This document shows positions 53,851 to 64,000 of a stretch of DNA of 64,000 nucleotides, piece by piece; the first letter of the stretch is position 1; every line of letters begins with the position of its first letter. This stretch comes from the human T2T-CHM13v2.0 reference genome, Homo sapiens, in the NCBI RefSeq assembly GCF_009914755.1, contig NC_060927.1; one strand, 5' to 3'. The notes under the pieces were generated by a model. That model made no database searches and was not told the origin of the DNA. It saw nothing but the letters and a program-made list of their open reading frames with translations. Made by a program: the position numbers and the translations under genes.

Positions 53851-56151
53851 ACAGTAAAATTTTACTGTCTTATTCTCTGTTCAACTTGGAGCTTTCCCAG
53901 AAAAGAAGGCAAATTGTCCAAAGCCAAAGCTACTTTCTTAAAGCAACTAAGTCAGTAGTAGCATTGGCCTCACTGAACTGTTTTTTACTCTCATGGCCTG
54001 AGGTCTTTAGTAGCTTCAGAAGAATCTTCACAAACAATGATGTCCAAAGATATTTAAAACCTTAGAAATGTGTAATTCAATATCCTGACTAGATGGTGAC
54101 TGGATACTTTATCAACCGGGTGTAATCTCATAGTCAAGAAAGACTTCCCAACTTAGTTGTCAAGTTAGAATGAGGAACAGAGTTACCTGGTCAAAGGTTT
54201 CAGATTCTAACTTCCCTGAACTAGGTTACTGAGATACACAGCCCTCTCTACAGGACACATATAAGTCAAAGGTGGCTGTCTTTGGATTGATCATGGACAC
54301 TCTCCTGAACTCCTGCTTGTTGCCCTACCCCCGTCCTCTCCCCTGGGCTAAGGTAGCTGAGTTAACTTGGCCCAGCTGAGTGTCAGAGAGAGGCTGCTTT
54401 TTTAATGCTGCTTAATGCAAATTATTTAGGAAGGGTCTTACAAAATATCTATTATTACTTAATATTTAGTTGGTACCCTTTGGGGTTGAAGAAATTGTAT
54501 GTACTGTGACCTTTATTCATTTCATATTCCTGAGAAGCCTTTCATTAAACATTGCCTGACAGTTTTTAAAAACTAATTAGGAGTAGCTGAATGAGTTAAT
54601 GGAGATCCCACTATCCTTCTTACCCTTCCACATTCTCATTATTCTGCAGTCATAATTCCAAAATTGAGACTTCATCATTGGAGCACCTCTTTGATGCAGA
54701 AGGTCAAGCGTTCACCCATGCTATTTCCAGCACTCCATTATTCATTTGGACTGGCAGTTCTCTTAATTAACACCTTGTCTCTATTTACTGCAAAAGTTCA
54801 GAGTTGGGAGCTAATGCCAAGAACATATGTAGTGTCTTTAATATGAATTTGCCACATTCAAAATGGAAATGATTTTATCTAAGACATCATCAGCTCAATA
54901 ATGTTCAACAATGCACTGTAAAGTTGTTTTCTAATACTAATTATTGATCACCCACATAATACTGGGCAGAATGAGTTTATCATTTCTCATTGCCAATGAT
55001 TTATATAGGGAAAAACGCAAGTAAACTAATACACATTCTTCATTGTGAAAATGAGAGGCTACAGAGGTAAGGTAGATGCTGGTATTGTTTATAATTATAA
55101 GCCACCTAAATAAATATTCATGAAAGAATAAAAAGAACGCACATTTAACATATTTTTCACTTTAAAAAACACAATTGAATAATTATAGTATTTATATATA
55201 ATACTTCCCTTGAGCCACGAATATAAAATTTGAATAATACATTATTAGAAAAAGGTGCAAATAGGAGCCTATGAGGAAACAATTGGAGAAGCACTTTCTC
55301 TTTTGCTGTTGGTTTCTGCCTTTGGGATAGTCACACCTCAGTGCAGCCCCTTTAACTCTACAGTATTCATAATATGCCACTTGTCTCAGAGACAAAAGCT
55401 ATTAATGACTGTCTGATCCTCCTAATTAGCTTGACTGATTGGTGGGAGTCAGAGCAACATTAGCAGTCTGGCGAGGTTAGTTGCAGACTGACTTTAATTG
55501 TTTTGCTTATCACTTATTAATTACCATTAACTGCCATTTCAGAGTGTTCTATGTCAAAAAAGTGGAACTCCATTAGCATAATTTGCCTGTATACACACTT
55601 TTTTTTGTATTGTATTTTTATTTGCCTATATCTAACACAACAGATTTTTAGATCCAGTGACAAGAGTGTAGCATTTGAGGACCATTTGACATTGAAGAGT
55701 AAATATATTAGTAGTTTGCAAAAAGTCCATTGGTAATATCAGGCCAAAGCAAAATGAAAAAAGTGTATAGAGAATAGCCTTTGCTTGGTTTTATGCAATA
55801 GAAGTTTTCTTATAAGAAATTCAAAGCACACTGTGTTTACAGACCTTGAAACAGATGAGAGGATCTTCATCCTTTCACAGAAGCAAGGGAAAGCCTTTTG
55901 TGATTAAATTATTTTAATGATTTTTAATATTACTAAATCAAAAATTAATTTTGACTCTATAACTATTTGTAATAGTTGTCAAGAATTCTCCTTAACTGGA
56001 AAAGGAGCACATCAATTATGTTTTTCTTTACTGATGAAAAGAAAAAAAATACCTAGAACAATATGATGATTGGAAAATTATCCTGAATTTTAAGTTAGTT
56101 CCTGTGAATTATTTATAATTTGTCATCGAATGAGAGACATTTCTGGCTCCT

Positions 56152-56609
56152 TGTAAGAGACTGAACATAAGATGCACAACTGCTAGATTACATATTAAAA
56201 TAGAACTCTGGCCCATAACCTGCTGTAACCAGTCCAGGAAGCCAAACCACAACCTCTGTAGCACTTGGTCCAAAAATGGTTAGGACTTGATCAATAATTG
56301 ACAGCTTCTTAACTTTTGTCCCTGGTTCCAACTTGCGATCAATGGGAGAAAGCCAAATATTGCTCCCCTAACCAATCTTATAGGATGCCCCATGAGTTAG
56401 TAGACCTCCAGCTTCTCCTGCCAACAGCCTCCATTAAGGGCAGACCTGAAGCCTTGCTTTTTTTCCCACTATAAAGCTTTTCCACTTCACTACCTGCCTT
56501 TGAGTTTCTGCCAAATGCAAATGATGGTGGCTGACTTCCTTGCTATAGCAAGCTTTAAATAAATAGCCTATGCTTATTCTCATTTCAATGGTCTTCATTC
56601 ATTTTCACA
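56152..56609 (+). mobile_element. ERV1-class solo LTR (MER90/MER31-like; subfamily uncertain)
   Basis: TG...CA ends, CCAAT, ctataaagc TATA and aataaa in LTR order over ~460 bp. Confidence 0.75.
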
Positions 56610-58149
56610 CTTAGGAGTAGGCTATGTTTTTCTAAGCCACATCCTTAAAATGTGTGACTCTTATTATCAATATTTTTATATGACTCTTAGGCAGCCTCCG
56701 TAAGTCAGTTATACCTTCCAGAAAAATGAGATCCAATTTTACCTATAGTTTGCCAAATATGAGAGTGATTTTTCACCCCAAAGTAATTAAAGCTATTATT
56801 TACAAAAGTAGACTCTTAGTTTACTGGGTATGATGCATTCAATACTTTTCTAAAATAAAGCCAAGGAATTATATTGCTTACATCTGAAAGAAAGAGTAGA
56901 ATTAAAAATAGTCTTTTCAGAGAAGTTTTACAAAGATAGAATCAAAAAGCTAAAGGCACACTCAGAACAAAGGGGCTTTCATGTGCTTCATAGCTTTCTT
57001 AACCATGAAGAGGGTTGAGTAGTGAGATGGATGTTAAGCCTACTTTCAACCCATATGAAAGGGCATAAATTAAAAATAGATTATGCAAAATTTCTAATGA
57101 AAGATGAGTCTAACTTATAGGTACAACTGCCTTGAGGTCTGTTTATGCCAAGCAGTTACCATAGTAAAGCCACAATTACATGACATATCCACATTCATAT
57201 TAAACCTAAAATTAAAAGACAAAAAAATCACATTAAGGGAAAAGAAACCTACTAAGGCCACAAAGGTCAAAGTTAAAGCCACCCATCAGCCTCAGGAACT
57301 CCATGTTTCTACTTGGTTCTTTATTCAAACGAGCCACCAAGTATGTTAGTACAGAACAGTGTGCTCAAGGATAGTTCCCATCTAATTCATTAATATTCTG
57401 AACATACCTCTTAAGAGATCTCTGGGAACACAAGCACTCTCTTCTTTAGAAACCCATTTCAAACCAGGTTTCTTGGCACAAGAATACCATGCATTCCCCT
57501 TTGATTTTCTAAACAAATTGCCACAAAATTATTTTTAAATCTAATTTAGTTTAACATATTTTAAGTATTTTATTTCTTTGTCAAAAATCAATTGCTTTAA
57601 AATATTTTCAATACTGTAATCAATTACTATAAGTGTTATAAACAAATTTCAATTTTATAAAATTTCTTCTTTATTAAGAAAGACCCTAAAATGTGCAGCA
57701 AAACCCTTCTTCTCAGGGAAACATGTTGATATCTAAGGCATCAATATTAATTCCCTGAAACTTCCTAGCCGGAGCATACTATGAACCAATTAGTCCACCA
57801 TTATAATGAGGATTGCAGTGGAGGTCATTCTGAAGCTATCACAAGTTTATGGAAAAAACAAATTACTGTTAATTTAATTTCACCCCCATTTTTATATATT
57901 ACCATCCTCACATTCCTTGCCATCAAAACTAAAATGAGTCAGTAGAGTATTGTAGTTACAAGTCCCAGACATCTATTTGACTCTTTTTGTTTCCTGATCT
58001 TATTTAAAAGAAAAAAAAAAACAAACAAAATTTTACATAAAATTAATTTAGCATTCATTAGTTTTTCTTGGTCAAATTCTGGTAAGTCTAATGGAAAGTG
58101 TGACAAAAAGGCAAGCAAGCAAATAAAACCATCTCACATCATAGTGAAT

Positions 58150-59100
58150 TATTGGAAAATCACGTTAATAAAGAATTTGCATTATTTCATCTGTGTCCCT
58201 TCTCTAAAAGCTTTTGGAAAAGGTTTTTCACCAAAACAAGGGCATTAGCCAAGAAAAAGAAAAATATGAGATACAGGAAACAGGAGATCCCACGAGAGAC
58301 ACGAGGCAAAGGAAATCCCAGGGTCATTGCGAGGGAGACCCCAGGATGGCGCCTATGGCAAAGGTACAGAAAGCAGTATAGGGATCTCAAAGAGAAACTT
58401 CTCTGGAGAAAAAAAAATTAATAGAATATCTGAAGCAACTGAACATCTTGAGGGATGATTTACTCTAGGAACTGCAAACTACATACAGCCCATGGGCCCA
58501 ATCTACAATAGCAGATTTGCATAGTTGTAAAAGAGACTGCAAGGTGTAAGGATTAAAAGCGTCAATGATTTATAGAATATTTTTAAGGAAAAGTTTGCCA
58601 AAAAGGTTTCAGAATGATTCACAATAAGCACATTAGAAAATTAAGCAAAAGAAAATAAAGGATGATAATTGACACCTTTGAAAACAAATAGCTGCATAGA
58701 AAAGGAGAAATAATAGTTTACTCCATGACTTCTCTGTGAATTGCATTGTACAGTTATAGTAATATAAGTGTTGAATATTCGTCTAAGCAGAATCACAGTA
58801 TTTGAGGAGGATGGTGAAGGCTAGGAGAGAAAAGAGAGCTTCATCTTTGTCATACATAATAGAAATTCAATAGGTAATGGCTAAAAATGAAAAATCAGAG
58901 AGTAACAATTAAAACCATGTTTAAACACATGACACCAAGAGAATCAACTGAAGCAGGTAAAAGTGTTGCCTCTAGTGAGGAAAAGAGAAAGAAAAAGAGT
59001 TGACACTGCTGTTTTGTTAACAAACTTTGTACAACTCTTTGACTCAAATTATGTGCATATGTAATTCCGCAAAAGATAAAATTAAGACTTAAAATAAAAT
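58150..59100 (+). mobile_element. HAL1-like fragment interrupted by a MER58-like piece (~58466-58600)
   Basis: caccaaaacaagggcattagccaagaaa...caggaaacaggagatccc; MER58-like gcaaactac...cagcccatgggcccaatct...aaaagtttgcc. Confidence 0.65.
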
Positions 59101-59332
59101 AAATTTGGCCTGGCATAATATAAAAACCACACATAAAATGTTGATAGTCATTTCAGAAAGTTTTCAGGCCTGGACAATGTACTGCCCATGTGCATTTAAT
59201 TCTTCTACTGATCCATGGTTAGAACAATTATCCAAAATGACCAATTCACATAATCTTTGCACCCTAATGAAAAACATTTATTGTTATATAAGAACAGTTA
59301 AGTCCCACTGATTCCATGGGACTTTAAATATA

Positions 59333-59570
59333 CAGTTGACCTTTGTACAACATGAGTTTGAATTGTAAGAGTCCACTTATAGGTTAACTTTTCAACCAAA
59401 CGCAAATCAGAAATACAGTATTTGCAGGATGCAAAACCTGCATATACAAAGGGCCGACTTTCCCTATTGGCAGATTGGGTGATGCTGACTGCAGAACTTG
59501 AGTATGCATGAATTTGGGTGTACTGTAGTGGTTCTGGAACCAATCCCCAGTGTATATGGAGGGATGACAG
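59333..59570 (+). mobile_element. MER8 (Tigger2-derived), complete
   Basis: TA-cagttgaccttt...ggaaccaatcccc...gggatgacag-TA. Confidence 0.9.
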
Positions 59571-61422
59571 TAATAGATATTCTGAGAACTATTTCTCCAA
59601 GAAGTCTCAGATAATTCTGGAAGTTATTTATTTATGGTGGCACTATAAGCTAATGTTTATTTCAGCTCCTCTGCCTCAAAATGAAAAAAAGAAAAGAAAG
59701 AAAAAGGAGACAAAAGAAAGACAAATATATCCTAAGATTATTATCCAGCAAAAAAGATAAATAAGAATTCTTTGGTGCTAGGTAACAGAAAATTTTAAAA
59801 TACTATATATAAAAAAAAAAACATGTATGTTACAGACTAAGAAAAGTATTTGCTGGAGCTATTCTCATTCTCCTCTGACATTTAACAGATTCATGCAATA
59901 TTCTACCCAACTATCCTGAATGCCAAGCTATAACCAAAGCTTTCTTGTTTCTTGAATAGTGCTTTGCAATTTAGAATAGTTTTTTCTAATAATCACTGCA
60001 GTGATTTGGCTTATATTTAATGCTTTTAATTTTTACTTTGATACATAAATGACATGCATGCTATTAAGTCTGCCTTCAAAACTAAAGGCATTCCTACATA
60101 TTATCACAGATACTACACAAAATTGAGTTTCTCTTTGTATGTGCATGTATAATTCAAAATTGAAAATACCATTGCATTTAATGTTCCTGATTCTCCTAGC
60201 AATAATTTGTCCTTTTCATACTACATCTAAGACTTGATTCATCAACTATGAGATCATTACTATTTGGGTGCTGGCATCCTAGAATATAAGAGTGATAGAA
60301 TACAATGAGCCTTGTGTTGAGAAACTTTTACAAGCAGCAAAGAATGCATATAATATGAAAGAAGAGATGAGCTCATGCATAAGATGTATTAGTGTGAACT
60401 GAGGTATTGAAAATTGGTATGCCTTAATGTCAAATAAAGATCTTAATCTTATTTGACTCTTTGAATCTAAGGACTATAAGATTGAATGATGTGGTTATAG
60501 TCATTTGAAGTCTAAATTTTCTAACTTTTAATACCTTTTGTTCAAAGTGACTGCGTAATCGAAAGAAAACCTAGAAGAATCAGTCAAGTTTTTGAAGATA
60601 TATTTGGTACTATTTTCAGTAGATTTTTAAACTGTGCCTACATAAAATCAGAACATCAGGATGAAAATTAAATTCAGTCAACCAGAAAGTGTTGAATACA
60701 AACCAAAAATACAGATGAAGGATAACAAAGTATAAATCCTAAAGCTTCATGGAAATTTTATTTTTGCTTTATTTCTTGTATTAGCAAGCCCTTCTGATTC
60801 TTTAGGCTTTCATCTAATACCATGCCACTGAATCATTTTACTCTATACTCTCTCTTTGGGATCTCACATTTTCTGAGAGATTACATTCCTGTTTATCCTT
60901 GAAAAGTTTTACAAAAAAAATCTTACTGTTTTCTCTTTTAAATCTGTCATTCTACTCCCCAAGATTGGTTTTATTGCTAAAAATCTCTCTTTTCCTCATA
61001 ACTTCCCAGCTGCCTTCCCACTCAAAGGAAACACAATTTTCCTTCCCTGACTTTAGATTAGGAAAGCAAAACTACCCAAAATAACTTAAATAATTTAAAC
61101 CAACCAGCATCCTCTTTTAAGCAGAGTTTTTTTTATGACTCAACACGCGTCACCTAACTTGATCCTGATTTTGGAATTCCTACAATTTCAGCCATTTCAA
61201 CGGAATCATCTAATGTTAAGCTTTGTCTTATGGTCCCATGGTCTGCTTTTCTTGGAGAGGTGTCTCTGTTCTCTGCCTTTTGAGTTCTTTATCTGGTTTT
61301 CAACCCACTGCTTTATTTATTTGCCCTGGCTCCTGTGTGGTCCTTGATTCCTCACTGGTCACCAACATTTTTCATTCATTAAATTTTTTATTCAACAAAT
61401 ATTTATTGATGACCTTGTTTGA

Positions 61423-61758
<336 letters not shown>

Positions 61759-61896
61759 CCTACAGCGAGGAATTTTTGAAAGTCAAACATTATAATAAAG
61801 CCTGCACACAAGAGGCTAAAATAAAAAGAAGGATACATGAGCCTACCATAGCAGAGTTTTGGAAAATAGTGTGAATTGTGATCAAAGGGATTACTG

Positions 61897-61955
61897 GGAC
61901 AAGAGGTTGGGACATGGAATGAAAAAAAGGACGAGGTTGGGACATGGAATGAAAA
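61897..61955 (+). repeat. ~30-bp tandem duplication
   Basis: gaggttgggacatggaatgaaaa at 61903 and 61933. Confidence 0.92.
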
Positions 61956-62845
61956 CAACTTTCATGGAAAAAATAAACATGGATAGAATTTGAAAATCTA
62001 AGATATGTGCACACTTTGGGGGGCTGTAGGCAGGTGGTAGTACACAGGGTGATTCAAAAAGGGAAGAATTTCAGGCAGAGGAAACATGAGTTGTATCAGG
62101 CATAGAAACCTGGAACAAAATATTTATGTTTGCTCAGACCTCAGTCTGAAGGAAAGGAAGAGCAGTAAAAATGAGAGTAACCACCTCCAGTTCACTTTAC
62201 TCCCAGTTTTCTTGGTACAAAAGAGTGAATAAGATCTTTATCTGCATAAGAATCAGGGACTTTTGTCACGTGAAATATGAATGAGGAGTATTACTTGGCT
62301 AGCACTTTAGAGAGCATTTGTAATCTATATGATATTAATCAGGAAGTGATTAAACAGCAATGCCCTTTTCTACATTTGCCTGGAAATGCTCAATGGTGTA
62401 ACACAAGCAAGAGCCATGAGGATGCTTCACAAATAAAGGATCCATTTTCAGTTGATTGCAAATAAGAGGAGATTCTTTCAGCTTAAAGGACTTTCAAGCC
62501 CTTTCTATCAATTTGCCCAATAAGAATATTTCCCTGAAGTAGTGATGGTTATGTTGGGATGTAATCAATGACCAAGAGCTAGTGAAAGGGGTAAATGTGA
62601 CACAGGTGTTGCAAGGGGAGGGCACAGCACACACAAAGGCCTAGTGGTGGAAGGGAGAAGGGCACTTTCAAGGAACTGAGAGTCTGTAGCAGCACAGGAG
62701 GGAGGGGCAGAGTGTAGCAAGGGTAACAGGAGATCACTAAAGGGCCTTGACTGGGTATACAGCTTCTGGTGGATACCCAAAGAGCAAGGAGAAGCCATAC
62801 AAAAGTTGTAAGCAGGAGAGTGACATAATCAGAGTTTAACTTCTT

Positions 62846-63236
62846 TTTTTTATTATTATTCTTTAAGTTCTAGGGTACATGTGCACAACATGCAGGTTTG
62901 TTACATATGTATACATGTGCCATGTTGGTGTGCTGCACCCATTAACTCGTCATTTACATTAGGTTCTTCTCATAATGCTATCCCTCCCCACTCTCCCCAC
63001 CCCACGACAGGCCCCGGTATGTGATGTTCCCCTTCCTGTGTCCAAGTGTTCCCATTGTTCAATTCCCACCTATGAGTGGGAACATGCGGTGTTTGGTTTT
63101 TTGTCCTTGTGATAGTTTACTGAGAATGATGGTTTCCAGCTTCATCCATGTCCCTACAAAGGACATGAACTCATCCTTTTTTATGGCTGCATAGTATTCC
63201 ATGGTGCATATGTGCCACATTTTCTTAATCCAGTCT
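62846..63236 (-). mobile_element. Short 5'-truncated L1PA4-like element
   Basis: ttaagttctagggtacatgtgcacaac 3' end. Perfect TSD atcagagtttaacttctt (62828-62845 / 63237-63254). Confidence 0.96.
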
Positions 63237-63649
63237 ATCAGAGTTTAACTTCTTAAAGACTATTCTGGATATTGTGGGGCAGTGATTGGAGTAGAGCAAG
63301 AGTGGACACGAGATCAGTTAGAAGCTATAACAGTAATCTAGCAGATAGATGGCAGTGCTTAGGCTAGAATATTTGTGGTGAGAGAAATAAAAGAAAGTAG
63401 ATGGAATCAAGAAGTATTTGGAAGACAAAACTAACTGCATTCAGAAGCTGATAAAAAATAAAAGTAAATAAGGAGATAATTTATCAGAATTACTCCCACA
63501 TTTCTATTTGCAGAATTTGATAGATGGTAGACTCATCAATAAGAGTTATGGAATAGAAGAAAGTCACATTTGAAGGGAAAGATAAGTTTATTCGTGGATA
63601 TAAGGTTAAAGTATTCTTAGGACATCAGGAGTAGTATACATAGAGTCTC

Positions 63650-63950
63650 CCATTCCCTGCAGCTACAGTAGAATAATCTGAAGGTTGGGCCCACGATTAA
63701 TTACAACAACAGAGCAACTGCAGAGTAAGTTGAGTCCTCCACCCCCTCAGGTATGCTATACCAAGGTCAGGGCCATTTTTGAAAAAGAGTGGGGTCGGGA
63801 GACTTGGGATAAAGACATCTGGGCAAGTGCACTGGAGATTTATTAATCCTTAAAGTCCCTGAGTCCTCCGGACCTGGAGAATTGGACAATTTGTTTCTAT
63901 TTAAGGCTAGCAATGCCTCCTTTGTTGAAGATGATGCAAGGTCTCTGCCA
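63650..63950 (+). mobile_element. ERVL-class internal (gag-region) fragment, HERV16/ERV3-16-like
   Basis: aaggtcagggccatttttgaaaaagagtggggtcgggagacttgggataaagacatctggg resembles ERVL gag. Confidence 0.55.
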
Positions 63951-63957
63951 TGAAAGA

Positions 63958-64000
63958 TGTATTGGTCAGGATTCCATCAGAGAAATTAGACCCGTAGGAA
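63958..64000 (-). mobile_element. MLT2-type LTR end, cut by the window edge
   Basis: tgtattggtcaggattccatcagagaaattagacccgtagga. Confidence 0.55.

Noticed and set aside
54624-54787. Minus-strand acceptor/donor pair (cttttgcag ... AGG|gtaaga)
   Set aside because: 164 nt, frame-shifting, begins with stop-rich sequence and has no other support; such pairs are common by chance.
61897-61955. 30-bp duplication as a regulatory or functional repeat
   Set aside because: Small duplication within decayed L2-region sequence, with no informative motif.

Overview
AT-rich primate (human/great-ape-like) genomic DNA, intergenic or deep intronic. It is dominated by transposable-element fossils: Alu J/S/Y, L1PA/L1MA/L1MB/L1MC/HAL1, L2, MIR, MaLR/ERV LTRs, and hAT and Tigger DNA transposons. 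I can support no protein-coding gene or structured RNA gene; the ORF track is explained by broken L1/Alu fragments or chance. I see no evidence of a novel biological system. The most informative signals are structural: (1) an apparent ~630 bp inversion (40521-41150) revealed by a MER44 whose 3' end lies flipped; (2) a ~20 bp Alu stub at 29017-29036 marking a deletion junction; (3) a five-level nested insertion stack at 22.4-36.9 kb; (4) recent local tandem duplications; (5) a few speculative exon/microexon and enhancer candidates in repeat-free stretches. All repeat family and subfamily calls come from remembered consensus sequences, not a database search, and the boundaries of old elements are approximate.
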